A stretch of 64,000 nucleotides of DNA. Source: Monocercomonoides exilis PA203. Taxonomy: Eukaryota > Protista > Preaxostyla. Shown in pieces: positions 11,060 to 25,800 of the stretch. Where the stretch lies: assembly GCA_001643675.2 (NCBI GenBank), contig LSRY02000067.1:62001-126000 (forward strand), written 5' to 3'. A program made the translations under genes and the position numbers. Under the pieces are notes generated by a model that saw nothing but the letters and a program-made list of their open reading frames with translations, was not told the DNA's origin and searched no databases. Positions within the stretch are counted from its first letter, which is position 1. Each line of letters begins with the position of its first letter.

Positions 11060-14000
11060 TTATTTTCACTCCTTCTTTCAAAATTATTGTTCCAATTTGT
11101 GCTTTGCTTGAAGAAGATACCAACTCAACTTTGATCCCACCTCCATTTCCATTCACACGCTTGAATTCCTCAATCGTTGTGTTTCACACCACAAATGTCT
11201 TCCCTCCCCTCACACTCTTTGCCACCACCGATCCATCTCCTCCTGTCCGATTCACATTCCGAATTGTCATATTCCCCAGCACACTCTCTCCTGATGGCGA
11301 TCCTGCTGATGATAGTTCAGCGAAAAGAGGCTGTGATATTTTCATGTTTTTGATCTCAACATCTACCATCTTCAGCTGACTCAGCGTCACTTCAAATACA
11401 GATGACGAGATTCCACTCCCTCCTGATGTCGAAGAGTCGATCACCACATCCTCCAGCGAAAGTGTCCCGCTCCCCAGTGACACCACAAACACGCTTGGCG
11501 ACGAGCTTCTTGTCGCGTTGTGATCGATCCCAACATGCCCCCACCTCCAGTTGGCCAGAAGATATGCTGAACAGTGTTGTTGCAGGCGGAGAAAGCGCAC
11601 TCGTCCCAATCACACTCACTGCTTTCCCTCTCCCAACAACTGAAATCTTCTTTTCCCCAACATTGATTGTTTCCTCTTCGTTTTGATGCTTTCCACTCAG
11701 CAACGTGATTGTCAAGCTCAGCTGAGCCATGCTCGAACTCACTGCATGCCCCACTGTCTTGCACGGCGCTGCCTCACTCATCCCACACAGATTGCTCACT
11801 TCCACTCACCCCAACATATCGATCCTTCATCCCTTCCTTCAACCATTCCTTCTTTTCTGTATGCTGATATTGCCAACCGCCTGAATAATAAGCATAGTAT
11901 AATCTGTTTGCATCGCTATTCGTTGTATACGATTCACAGAATGGGTTATTCGATGAGAAGAGATTGTAATAATAGTAATACATTACATCGTAATAATGAA
12001 AAATGGAATCAGTGTATCTTCAATCATGGAAGAAGAAGAAATATCAATAAATGTTGTTGCTTGGAAGTGTTGATTGACTTGGCCCGAAATTCATGCCTCC
12101 GCCATATGATACTGCTGAACGTGAAATAAACTGAATGCTTCACATTTTGAATTGCGTCGCAAGAACAGTTGCACAACACATGCCTCCACCCCAATTATTT
12201 GCAAGAGAGCACGAAGTGAAACTGCAGTCAAACACACACGAGTTCCCTCCTACTCCATTTTCTTCTCTTATGCATCCTGTTTCTGAAACATTAAAACTGT
12301 ACAATCGAAAACCACCACCTTCGCTGTTTGCTTTGCAATTCTTAAATTCGCTCCCACTAATCCGAACACATTCCAAAATCGAATATTCATACATTCCTCC
12401 TCCGTAATGGTTTTGTGCTGTGCAAGCATTGAACACATTATTTTCGATATGCACAGACTTGATTGCATGACACATAATTCCGCCTCCGCCTCAGTAAGCA
12501 TATGCGGTGCATCCATTGAATGCGCAATGAGAAACTGAAAGTTCTCCATTTCCCTTGTTGTACATGTTAAATTGCTCCATTTGAAGCATCATCAGTGTAA
12601 TCATTATTTGTTCCTGTTGCATTCGATCTGCTCCATTCGCACCAAATAAATGAATTTGCTCCATTTTCCGTTATGCTCTGCCTCTCTGGCTGTTTATTAT
12701 TATCTTCAGTTCCTTCACATTTAACATTCCTTGTCTTGCAACATCCGATGAATGATGTATTTGAGGCTGTCAAAGAGGCATAGGGGTTGTTCAGAGAAGT
12801 AACAATTCCTCCATCATATGCATCACACACTGATGAAAATGAGCAGCTACTCAAAAAATATGTAGCTTGGGTTGACATAGTGGTTGCAGATGAGCATGCA
12901 TCATTTGCTGTTGAGATGTTGAAAAAAGTGAGTCTGGAGAGGGATACAAGGGGTATTGAAGGGGATGAAAGGAATGAGGTTGAAGATTGGATAAGAGATT
13001 CTCTCACAGAAGTTCTTCCTTTTCCTTCTCTTCCCCATACCTCTTAGTGCTATATCGTATGATATCCCATTGAGCTTGAGTTCCTCTTTCCTGCTTCTTC
13101 TGCTGCTGCTTCCAAAAAGATTTTTGTAAAAATAAATTCCACAAAAATTCCTTTTCCCATTCTCTTCAGTATTTTCCGTTTCGCTCATTCTGCCAAACAC
13201 TCTTCGGTTGCCCATTTCTCCCAATTTCTTCCAGGAATGCCCAGAAAAAAAAGCGGTGTTTCCACATCCCATGTTTCATGCTCCCCCAGCGCTTTTGACA
13301 ACATCTGATCGCATCACACATCAATCAAATCAAAAAAATACAAATAAAAATAAAAAATGATATATGAAGAAAATGAACAAACAAGAATAAAATACCTCCA
13401 CAAATCTTCATTTCTCTTCACTCCCCTCGTCCCCTGTTTGCCTCTCTCCAAATACCTCTCACCCCAGGATCATTCACTCAAAGCACCACACACACCACGC
13501 CTTCGCCTTTCAAACCCAATTCCAAATAAAAAAATGAGATGTTATTTTCACCCGATCTTCCATTGCCCATTCAACATCACTCTCAGCACTCTTCTCTTCT
13601 CATATTCCTCCATCCAGTCCTCAATCCAAAAAAATATAGAATATTTCTCTTCTTCATCTCATTCTTCTAGCAAGGATAAAAAAAACAATCTGCGTTCCAT
13701 CGACATCCCTCAGGCAACATGTGATGGCTTTCCACGCATCTTTCGGCAATTTACTCAATATCCTCAATAAATAAAAAAGATGCAACACAAAATCAAATAT
13801 AAAATATCAAATATATAAATTCTCATGAAACAAATCATCAAACCTGTCTCCTCTTTCACCATGAAAGGCTCACAAAGCAATCGCACATTCCATTTCCTGT
13901 GCTGCCTCGACTGCCCAGATGAGCATGACTGCATTCCCAAACATCCTGTCCAGACCTCTCATCCCCATCTCCTTGCTTCCCATCATTTCCTCCATTCTCT

Positions 14001-14420
14001 TGTTCCTGTTAGCAATCATCGATGCGTGCCTTCCAACACACACCCACCTCAATCATCTCTAATCATTGCCAGCCATCAACTCCCTAAAATACAACATTCA
14101 ACTCGCTTTTGTCTCCCCCTTTAAAAATAAAAAAATTGTGTGTGAAAATCCCAGCTGCAATGTGTTCCTCCGTCAAACAGGCACTCCACCCCACACTCTC
14201 CATTCCCCTCCCCTTTCCTGCTCCTTCTCACAAACATTGTTTCCCACGCTCGCCTTTCTTTTCCAAAAAAGGAACTGCAAAAAAATCATCCCATCAAACA
14301 CAGCTGCTGCAAGCACCATTTTCACTTGTGGGCATCCACTTCTCTGATCAGCCACAAACTGAACCCTGCTCCCCACAAACAAACTCGCTTATAAATCAAA
14401 CACTGCCAAACACATGACAT
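11060..14420 (-). pseudogene. Frameshifted beta-helix (pectin-lyase-like) surface-protein family gene
   Basis: Fragments in shifting frames carry family motifs (YGGGMY, EGGGF, WGGGMC, GNGGGI, LCGMSEAAPCKTV, Ser/Cys-rich xxFxxC). Multiple stops and frameshifts. Boundaries approximate. Confidence 0.7.
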
Positions 14421-15259
14421 TCAGAAAATGAACAAAATATCCCCAAAACAAGTTTAATTATTGTTTCCACACACCCCTCTCAACAACTTCCATTTTCACT
14501 CAGCCATTGCCGAGAAAAAAAAATATATATATATAAAAATGATTTATTGGTTTGAGTCTTTTTTGTAATGGATTCTGTGATCATTAGATTTGAAAAAACG
14601 GAATATTCCATTCACAGAATGAGACTACCGTGAATGAGCGTTATCTGTAGAACTAGAAATATTATTTCCTGTGTGGCAACAGACAATGGTGGAGATGCAA
14701 AATTTTTTGAATTCTTTCTGATGATTTTTGTCAATTGGATGGCCAAGGAGAATACAACAATTTCATCAATAACGCAAAAAACATAATGTATGCAATTTTT
14801 ATTGTTCTATTGATTGTGAAGATATTTCCGTCTGTATCCTCTCCAAAGTGCAGGAATGTGAGTTATTATTGAAATGGCCAATCTCCGCTTTGTGGAGCAA
14901 TGCGATGCAAATGGAGCAGATTGTTATATAGCCATTGGGAAATAAAGGAAGTTACGCAAGATACATGATTTTTATTTGGAACAAGAGGTGAAAACAAATT
15001 CAACTTTCATATTATAAAATGAAGATAACAAGAAGGAATTCTGTGAAGGACAAAATCTGCACAATATTATATAGCATTTTGGAATGTTAGGCAGGGGGAG
15101 CAGTTTGGGGTATTTTTTGGCAAGGAAAGTGGCTGGCAATATCGAGGGAAGGATATTTATCATAAAAAGAAGGCAAGAATTCAATGGAAAAAAGGAGAAC
15201 CCCAAAATATCCGTTTAATTTATAAAGTTTTCCTGTTTCTCGGACTGAGTCAGGCAGAC

Positions 15260-17741
15260 ATGGAAAGCGATGAAATCCAATTCCTAAAACCGCTTTTGCT
15301 TCAAAAGAGTGGAGAAACGCCAACTACGAGACATCCAATTGTCGAATATTTGTTGGCAGTCGAACAGCATTCAGGCCAACCACATTTGAATTTCATTCTT
15401 CGAAGGGACAGCCATTTTGAACAAGCAAGGAGATTATCATTCGAGGTTTGCTTTCTTCAACGCCACAGACGATGAAAGAGAATTTGATGGTTTTTGTTTT
15501 CATCGTTTGTTTTTCAACAAAGTTGTTGTTTCGCTCAGTTTCTATGTTTGTGCATGGTTTATTGAATTTTGCACCTTGAGCATCAGAGAATGCATTTCAG
15601 ATGCATTGTTATCTGCATCATGATTGTTGATGACTGAATGCCAACTAATTCATTCTTTTTCCTCCTCTTCGCTGTTGAAGCACAGCCAACTCATTCTCTT
15701 CATTTTCATCGGGGTTTGTCTTCCTCATCCACAATCTCGTTGACATTTGATGTTTTTGAATTACACCGGCTGAGGAGTCATGTCTTTAAAGCACAGAAAG
15801 ATGAGCATTCATTCCTACCTCGTCAGCTGCGCCTTCATTCCACTTCATGACTCCCTCTGCAATTGCTTCTCCTTCAGCCATTCTTTCAAACCCCGCATCT
15901 TTCGTCGGCTCTTCTTTGATTCCTTCATCTTCGTCATCATCTTCAACTGCGACTTCTTCTTCTTCTTCTCAGCAGTCTCATTCTTCAACTGCTTCTGGCT
16001 CTTCTTTTGCTAATTCATCCACTTTTGCTTCTGTTACTGCTGGTAGTTCTTCTCAGGACAGTTCTTATGAGTCTGGTGCTGCTTCATTGGGAGCTGCCTC
16101 GCTCTGGTTTCGCAACATTCTTTTATCATTCTCTGCATTCGATGAAGCACAACTTGGCGAGTTTTTAGCTGCTTTTCAGTCGGCGGCGCTGGCGCAGGCG
16201 AATCAGAAGGAGGACGAAGAAGACGAGGAAGGAGAAGGAGACGGAGAGGACGGGCAGGAAGAGTGCGAAGACGATGATGGGGTTGATGAAGGAATGTTTA
16301 GCAACAAGACATTTGAAAAGGAGAGCGACAGCAGCGAAGGGAGGAAGAGACTGAGGAAGAGTCAGAGGACGAAGGAGGAGGTATTGGAGGAGAAAGTGAT
16401 GGCAAAGATAGTAAGTCTAAATCAAATAAATCGAAGAATGGCAAGAAATCGTCATCATCATCATAATCATCATCATCTTCTTCTTCTCCTTCCTTCTCTT
16501 CCTACCTCCACTCCTCCACCCTCCTTCTCCTTGCCTCCACCACCTCTGCCATCCGTGTGCTCGCCCTGACCTCCATCCACTCTGATCCCTCGTCTTCCAC
16601 CTCACTCGCCTTCTCCCACGCCCTTTCCTTAGTCATTCTGGGCTTCCGCTCTCCTGCTCTTGCAATGAGAGTGCTGCCGATGCTGGCGCGTCTGCCGTCG
16701 CTTGACCAAAGTCTGGTGGGTGTGGCGATGTGCCGCTATCTTCCTCCCTCCGACTTGGATGTGCTCATCCCGTAGATCAAAGAGTGGCTGTCGGTTGAAA
16801 AGCGAAAGAGAGACATGAACGAGGCGATCCATCCGGGATGCATAGGCAAGTCGATGATCGCTTTCTCCTCAGCTTCCCAGCTGCTCTTTCTGTCATACGC
16901 AGCTGTCCTGCAGCTGGCTTCACGACTCGCTCATTCCTCGAACAATGCTCATACTTCTCTTGCTGAGTTCACACAGTGAGCATGCTCATTTCCTCGCACT
17001 TCCACAGAGGGAAAGGGAGCAAAGAAGCGGGAAACAGCAATAATAACCACAAGAACCAAACACCAACAACTGAGGCGACGCTCCACCGGAGCGGAAGGAG
17101 GTGATGAGCTGCTTGAAGCAGGATTGGGCATTCACCGACCGCATCACCTTGTCTCGCACCATTCGCCTGCTGCTTCTGTTTGACTCAACCAACCTGATGG
17201 AGAGTGTGCTTGCCTGTGTTTCTCCCTTCTCCTTCCCGTTTCTCCCTTCCCACGAAGACCTTGTCCCCCAGACACACGCTGTCTCTTCCTCGTCTGCCAT
17301 CTCCATCCAGCAGCAGGAGATGACGAAGAATACAGCGCTAGAGACGGGTGTGAGGACTCGGAAGAAAGATGGTTCTTCTTCTGCCTCTTCTTCTTCTGCC
17401 TCTTCTTCTTCTGCCTCTTCTTCTTCTGCCTCTTCAGCATCGTCTTCTTCTTCATTTTCTTTATCTGCTTTGCTTTCTTCTTCCTTATCCTCTTCCTCCT
17501 CCTCATCTTCTTCCTTCTTTCTCGCTGATCCCTCACAAATGATTGCCTTTGACTTCAGCCATCAGCGCTTCGACTATTCACACCACACATTCTTCTCACC
17601 AAATCCTCTCCAGCTGCTCACTCCTTCCACCACCTCCTCCCCCCTCTCTCTGTCTTCTGCACACACGTCGCCTCACCGGGAGAAAAGCAGCTTTCGCTGC
17701 ATATCCACCTCACCAACCACACCCCCTTCTACTTCGTCGGC

Positions 17742-17786
<45 letters not shown>

Positions 17787-18421
17787 GCCTCTCCTCCACC
17801 CCGCTGCTTTCTCCCAAGCCATCTTTCTTTTCATCCTCCCGCCGCTTCGCCTCGCTTGCGTTCCATTCTGTTCCACTGATTGCGCTGAGAGGAGGAACTG
17901 CCTCGCTGTACATTGTGCATTCGATGCGTGGGGCTGTTGCACAGTAGCAGATATCGTTTGTGGTGAGCATTCATGCTGCTTGTGCGACGTTGGAGGCTGC
18001 GAAAAAGGCAGTGGCGACGGATAAGCATCGATTAGGGTGCACACATAGGAAGATGAGGAGGAAAGGGTCAAAGAAAGCAAGAGGAAAATGAGGCAGATGC
18101 AGATGTCGAATCAGAAAAGGGGGAATTCTGAGCTGGACACGACGAATTATCTGTCGATTGCAGCAAGAGCACCTTCGTTCTGTGATGTGTGTCTGCACCG
18201 TGTGCGCTTCATCACTGAGACGTTTGTCCTTCCGCCTAAGGCGCTGTTTATGTTGCTGCCGATCACCCCACCGACGTTTCGATCGCTTCTGTCGACACTT
18301 CACATCTCGCACTCAGCCGCAAAGGGTTTGCTGGGGGCTGTGTGAAAGGAGGAAGAGGAGATTGGTTATGGGTGAATGGTTGTGATTTAATTGAATTGGA
18401 ATTATTTGTTTAAACAGAAAT

Positions 18422-18454
<33 letters not shown>

Positions 18455-21400
18455 GAAAAAAGAAAGGAATATTTTTAGTTTCTGTGATAAACTAGATTGG
18501 ATTTCTCATTTTTCATTTTCAATTACAATGTGGATTTAACTTTCTATTTTTGTGTTATTGTTGTTGCATAACAATTGAATATGATTAATTTCATTTCTTT
18601 CAAAAAAACTATCTTTCTTTCTTTCTTTTTCATCGAATTCCATTCCATTCAATCGCACAGGAGTCTCTGTCATTCCGAACCATCTGAGCAACTCGCTTTA
18701 AAAACTTGGCTTTTTCGAGGTGAAGTTTGTACCGCCGTCTTCGCTGCAGCTGCTGGCGAACACAAACTGGCTCCAAAACAACCTGAATCTGAATGCCAAC
18801 ATGAAGGCGAGGAAGAAGAGAAAGCGGAAGCTGAAGCTACGCAAAAGACATGGTGGAATGCAGATGACGACGAAGATAATGATAATGATGAAGACGAAGA
18901 ATGTTGAGAAGTGAATGCTGTCGGTGCGAACGAAAATGGAGAAGTGAAGAAGTGGAGAAAGGAAGAGAAGGAAGAGATGGAGGGGAGCTGAAAGAAAACA
19001 AGCAAAATGCGAATGGAAGAGACAGAAGAGATGAAGCCAATAGCGATGGCGCTGGTGCAATTTCTGCTGATGGAAACGAGTCTGCAGCATCAAACGTTGA
19101 TTTAACTGAAAAATCGCTTCAAGCATCGTGTGAAGCAGTCATTATTGTAAAAAACCAAGCGAATAAATTGGAATTTAACAAAACTGTAAAGCTTAACAAG
19201 GAGTTGGATGAGACAAAGGAAGAGTAAGAAGAAGAGGAAGAAGAAGAAGAAAAAGAAAAAGATGATGATGATGAATGCAAAACGTATTGTTGCCCTGGAG
19301 AATTTCTTCAAGCAAACTTGTTTGAATGAGAAGATAGCGAATCCTGAAGAATACGAGCGGAAAAAGGAAGAAAAGATGTTCAACGGAACTTTTAGCAACG
19401 GAGGCGACATGGAAGAGCTGAAGAAGATGGGCAATAGCCTTCTTTCGAGCAGAAGAGACGGAGAAGGAAGGAGAAGTGATTTAACTTTTGGTGGATTGTC
19501 ATCTTCATAGGACAGCACGAGCAGAATGGAAGCAAGTGTGAGGTCTATAGTTGTGCAACAACAATAGAAGCAAAAGCAGATGAAACAGATGGATCTTCCT
19601 TCTTGTACAGTCGCAAAACATATTCAGCTGGAGTTGGTTCAATTTTGGAAAACGAAAAAGACGAAAAAGACGAGATCTGCCAATCATAATTGCTGCTGAA
19701 GAAGAAGATGAAGAAAATGGGACAAAGGGTCGATAATGCGGGAAGAGAAGGAGAGGAAGGTGCGCTAGCAGTGCTTGTGGAGCAAAGGAGGTTTGATGGG
19801 AGTGACAGAGCAGATGCCGAAGAGGAGGAGATAAACATCTTCCAATAATAACCACATGATGTGAACACTTAGCGTGTTTATAATCACTGATACGCTGATG
19901 CACCTACCACCCCGCCTTCGTTTGTACATGAGCGCAATGGACTCGATCTGGAGGCAGCAGTAGCCGAAGGAGATTTCGTAAATGAACATCGAGTGCTCGC
20001 TGTATGTTTTGTTTGAGGTGTGGGGCGTGGACACGAACCTATTCTATGCGCTGAACGAGAACTGGATTGTTTACGACGACAGACTTGCTGTCGATGAGAA
20101 ATTTGATACGAATGACCCGCTCATCTTATTTACAGGCACCATTGCGAAGATCTCTAACCTGCACCGTTTTCCTCACAGCCTGGACAGACACAACAGAAGA
20201 GAGTGCGGAAGCTTCGTGGGGTTATATTTGAGCCATTAAACACGGAGCAGATACAGACTGATGGGCGGAAGCAGAGGAAGAGGGGGAAATGGAAACATCA
20301 GTGGGATCAATTTGTCTGCGTTGGATTCTTCGCTGTTTGTGTCGAATGGGGCAGAAACGCTGACAAAAAAGAAGGTCATCCGGCCAAAGAGGATTACGAT
20401 CGAAAAAAAGACGCAATTGATATCACAGGAGGAGTTTGGAGAAGAGTCGAAGTTGAGTGAGCGCAGAGCTGCAAGCATTGCGAGAACAGTGAGTGAATAC
20501 AGCTATCTTCTGGATAATTTGGCATTTTTTTATGCAAGATAACCTGGATTCTTTTAGAAGAGAAAAAACAGAAAAGCAGAAAAGACGAAGAAGGCGGAGG
20601 AGATTCTGAGCACAGCGAGAGAAAAGAACAGAATTTTTGACAGATCAACCTCAGAGAAAGAGAAGATTAAAAGTGACCTGGTTTGTGTAGAAATTTTCTT
20701 TCAATAAAAATTAAGAATAAATAACAATGTCTTTTTATTTATTTATTTTGATTTAATTTTGATATTCTTATTTTCATTTTCCACTGTTAACTTCCAACTT
20801 CCTCTTTTTCTTGCAAACTGACATTCTTCAGAGGGATTTGTGTGTTGATTGCAACTGACATTTTGTGAGCGTGTACATTGACAATCTGCATCGAATTGCC
20901 TGTCTGAACTGAATCTGCATAAAAATCATTGAGGCGCTTTATTAAACCAGTCCACTTGGACTCACACAAACAATAACCAATATGTTCTGATCAAGAAGAG
21001 ATAAAGGCGCAGTTTCTGACTGAATGACGTTTGTCATATTTTTCTCTTATTGTTTTCATTGTTTTAGTCAAATCTCTTGTTTTTCTTTTTTTCACTTTTT
21101 CAAACTCTTGTTTATTTATTCAATAAATTTATATACAAACATATAAACATTCCTCATTGTTGTATTTTTTTCAATCAGTTTCGATCGCGAAGCATGGGAT
21201 ACGGGTCTCTCCCACGACAGCTTCCAAGAGTTTCTGTCATCGTTGTAAACAGAGCTGATGGAGAAAACTGAACTGGAAACCATATACCCCACCTTTTCTG
21301 CTGCCACTATTGTCTCTGTGAAGCCGCTGCCTGCGCTCTACCAATGCAGCCAGGCTTCATCCTTTCACAGGCCACTCGACATATCTTCTGTTCCTCCGAA

Positions 21401-21650
21401 TTCTCCTCTAAGACCTCTTTCCTTCTCAGAAAAAACCATCCACCAATCAATTTGTAGCTTCGTTGTCCTTGTCACTCTAGTGCATATCGCAAGGAGCAGT
21501 AATCCTCTCCTCTTTCTCACAAAAGACCTCCTTTTCTGCCTAACCCTGCAGCTTCCCTTTTCCTCCACCTCTCTACTGCTCCACTTGGACACAATTCGAT
21601 GCTTCAGTTTCCACCAAATGCTCTCTTGCTTGTGATATTCTCAATGAATA
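15260..21650 (+). pseudogene. CFAP61: CFAP61/FAP61-like (cilia/flagella-associated protein 61) degenerate gene
   Basis: Segment GVDTNLFYALNENWIVYDDRLAVDEKFDTNDPLILFTGTIAKISN (~20024-20160) matches my recollection of the CFAP61 motif NVD..FKALNDACLVYD.RLVID.NF.TND..I.A.G.L.KFS. TNSFFFLLFAVE (15644) and HFVSVYIDNLHRIACL...RRDKGAVSD (~20860-21020) also fit N- and C-terminal CFAP61 segments. Many stops and frameshifts. Intron-like AT-rich blocks at ~18365-18660 and ~20680-20820. Confidence 0.55.
17743..17783. repeat. (CT)n microsatellite
   Basis: About 20 TC units, directly visible. Confidence 0.95.
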
Positions 21651-22821
21651 GTTTATCTTCCTGTTTTGACTTCACGATATTTACAAAAGCACACACATAC
21701 AAACACTTTCAAACAATTCTATTGCTTCATCAGTTCCCTCTTCTTTTTCTTTTTCTTTTTCTTTTCCTTCGTCTTCGCAATCTTTTTCTGCGCTTCTTTC
21801 TGAAGCCCCGTCGCATTGTGCGCACTCTTGTAGGGAGTCTTTTCCAACTCGCAATTCACTTCCTTGATGCCAAGAATGCTTTCCACGTATTCATTATCAG
21901 CTGTATGCCCGTCGAGAAACTGAACAAATCGAAATTCCAATCACAGAATGCCTCTGTTCTGTCATGTCCAACAATCGAGTTGTCTTTCTGAGTGATGTTT
22001 GTCATGAAGGAGAACAAGAGATCTTCAACAAGTATTTGGAAATGCCGAGTGGAAATAAAAGAAGGAGATGTAATGGATTGGGAAGAAAGTTTTAACTGTA
22101 TTTGAAATGAAGAATAAAAAGAGAAGTGAAGAGGTTGAGTCAATGGTTCCAATTGATTGTTGTTTCTTGTACAACATAACCTCTGTTAGCTGAATCAGTT
22201 GAACCGAATAAAAAGAATGGAGATTTGAAGGCTATACTATGGTGAAGAAAAAAAGAAACTCACTTTTATTGTAAAATAAAATTCGCCAATTTGAAAAAAT
22301 GTTGTATTGGGAGATTTTTTAATTTTCAAAAATACAACAAAAATTCATTCACTCATTTGCAAATTACGAAGTGGAAAATTTCAGAATGTTTCATTGTGTT
22401 TCTTCCAATAAAAGAAAATTTAATCATATTCTCAAAGAGAATGAATGTCCACGACAAAATAAACTAATGAAATCAAAGAAATAATGAAAAGCCTTCACAG
22501 ACTGAGGGATTTGAAAGTTTTTATCATTAACCCACAACAATTTCATTTTTTTGATTACAAAAAAGATAGGGTTATAACGAGTTTGAGAGGCGTTTTACAG
22601 TATTTCCTGGATTATCAGTGAAGAAATGACTTTTGTTGAAAGAATGTGCAATAACTTGTCCATCACAGATGTTTAAATAAATAAATAAAACAATTTGTTA
22701 AAATTTGTTTGGATTTAGTATTCATCATTTTAAAAAAATAAACAATTCATCGATATAGTGAAATATTTATTAAGTTCTAATTGAATCTTATCAATTTTTT
22801 ATTTTATATAACAGATCAAAA

Positions 22822-25800
22822 ATGAGGTTTTTGTTTCTTCTGGTTTTTGTAAGTCTAAATTGTGTTTGTAAGATCCCAAAAGCTCAAATTGTGAAATCTG
22901 TCGAAATATATCCACCAACTGGTTCACAAATAAATCCACGTTACTCTCCGTTTTTTCAATATTTTTCTGATGATGGAAAACCAAGCATATTTGTTTATGG
23001 AGGCGTCAGCTACAACGAAAAAATACTTTCAGATGCATATATTATCAATCTTGATCCTCTTTTTTCTCATCGCCTAAATATTCTTTCGAATAGTCCAAAG
23101 CCATTGGTGAAGTTTTTTGCTCAATTCAAAATCAACAACACTTTTTTCATTTGGGGCGGATGGCAGGAGAATGGATTTTCAGATACACTTTGGTCATTTG
23201 ATATTTCATCGCAGAAATGGAAAGAAGTTTTTGAAGGTGATACAATTCCAGAAGCAAGACATTCAATGGCCTATGCAACAGATGGGGAAAGGTTATATAT
23301 TTTTGGAGGAATCGGCGCATCTGGACTTCTAAATGATTTGTGGGAATTTGACACCAGCAAGAATGAATGGAAAGAAATAAAGACTGCTTCCAGTGAAAAT
23401 GGACCTGAACCATGCAGCAGTGCTGGCATGATTGTTTCAAATGGATATGCTGTTGTTTGTGGAGGAGACACAAGAAGCAATGTTGAATCTTCACTTAAAA
23501 TGTTTAGAATAAAGATCGATACAAATTCTGTTCAATCTTGGGAAGAGGTGAAAATTACTGATTTGGAAGGAAACAATAGCAATATTCCAGTATCCAGATC
23601 AAATTTTGGATACGCTTCATTCGTGAATACAAGTCAAGCATATTTGTATATTTTTGGTGGTTGGAGCTCCAATAATTTGGACTATGAACTAGATTCCATA
23701 CTTATTCTTGATTGCAGTCTAGTTGGGAACAAAGGAAACGATCAAAAGAATGTCACATACAAAGAAATTATTCACCACAAGCAGAGCTATCTTTTTGGAG
23801 ATTGCGGATGCACAATAGATGGTGATGGAAATGTTTTCATTTTGGGAGGAAGAATGGATGAAATAATAAATTCAAATATTTTAACAATAATGAAAGAGGA
23901 TTTATCAATCTATATTACAGAAGAAGTAATAAATTCTCCAGAAGCAGTGGACCGAAGAGAAAATTACTTTGAACGGTTTTTCAAGTACAATTTTGATACA
24001 TCTTTATCTGGAAAGCCTAGAAACAAACAATCAGGTTCATCTTTCTTCTCTTCTTCATCGAATTTCGAGACGAATACGAGTGTGAGAAAAGAAAGCATCA
24101 AAACAAAAACCGCAATGATCGACAGCAACAATTCACCATCAACGATCAATGGAAGTCCATTTGTGACTTTAATTAAAGTGTATGATTTTGCACCTTCACC
24201 TCGCGTGAATCCCATTGTTGGACATTATGCAGGAACTTTATTTGTTTACGGAGGAAGAGATCCAGTCTCAGGAGAAATTTTCAGCGACATGTATGTTTAT
24301 GATATGAAGGAAAATCGATGGATTATCCAATTACCTGAAATAACATCTGAACATCCGCCTGCAAGAGAGTTAGCTTCATATTGCTTTGATAACGGTCGCA
24401 TTTTAATTTTTGGAGGCTTGGGGCCAAATCCTTCAACTGGAAAAGTGGAACCATCAAACGAATTGTGGGAATATTCATTTGTCACCAATACATGGAGACA
24501 ATTAGGAAAAAATTCCTTTTTGAAGCCTTATCCGGTGTATGGCGCATCAGCCACGATGTACATGGATTATCTAATCGAGATGGGAGGACAGATGGCAGAT
24601 GGATTACTTTGTGAATACAGCTTCGTATTTAACTTCGCAAGTGATAAATGGGAATTTTCTATGATCATTGTGAATAATTTTAAGTCTTCCATTCTGGTGA
24701 AAGAAATGCTTCTAGAGAAGAATAATGCAAAGGATATTCCAGAGCAAAGCAATTCCAGAAAAAGAAATGATTTTCTGAATGAATTTATTTCGTTGAAATC
24801 AAATGCAGAAGATATTGATGATTTGGAAACTGATGATTTGAAAAGAATGAAAAATTCGAAAGAAAATTTGAGCGGAAGCAACATTAGAAAAAACCAAACA
24901 CTTTTCTTATTTGGTGGAAACATCGGAACAAAACCGTTTTATGGAATAAAAAGAGATAACATTTATCAGGAGTTCAGCCTGAGCAAGAATGGAACAAAAT
25001 CGAATGAAGCTGATGAAATGAAGGATTCTTCAACAAGGAAAAGTAAAAGTTTGAACATTGATGATGTCGATGACACAGAGGTCTTTCATTATCTCGATGG
25101 AGCGGCATTATCATTCAATGATACAATAATTATGCTTGGGGGAAGAAAAAGAAATTTTGTTCAAGATACATTCAAATATTTCAGAATTCATGAAGACTGG
25201 ACTATAGATACTTTGGAAGATGATGGCACATTCGTTTCAAATGGTATGCATCTTGATATTGTGGAAGCTGGTTGCACAGTGTATGATAAAAGTGTTATCT
25301 GCTTTGGTGGAAGGCAAATAAGCGATAAAGGGGTTTTCATGCCAAATGCACTTGATACATTTCGAGTTATCAAACTTGACGAACAATACATTTCTTGCTC
25401 TCCTGGAACTTATGAAGATCAAGATGGAAAATGTCAGCTTTGTGGACGAGGACAGTTCTCAGATGGATACGGAAATAAGAATTGCACTCCATGTCCGAAA
25501 GGAACATATGGAACAGCGTTTGGATCTCAAAAATTTGGATGTTTTCCTGTTCCTAAAGAAAAATTCTCTGAAAAAGAAGGTACCTGTTTTTTCAATGAGA
25601 AATGCCACAACGTTGAAAATTGCACTGGTAAACAATATTGTCCAATAGGTTCTGCTTCTCCAAACAACACGATTCCAAGTGCAAAATTCGTAAGTGAGCA
25701 GCCAAAGCCTTTCTATCCAGATACTAAATTGGAGACAATAATTATGATTGCATTACATGGGGGAGCAATATGTATTGGCATAATTCTGGCTTTAGTACCA

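Noticed and set aside
14540-15220. Possible small secreted-protein gene remnant on the plus strand
   Set aside because: Multiple stops in all frames and no recognisable motif.
21700-22240. Minus-strand coding-like fragments (…SILGIKEVNCELEK…)
   Set aside because: Short and frameshifted, with no family I can support.
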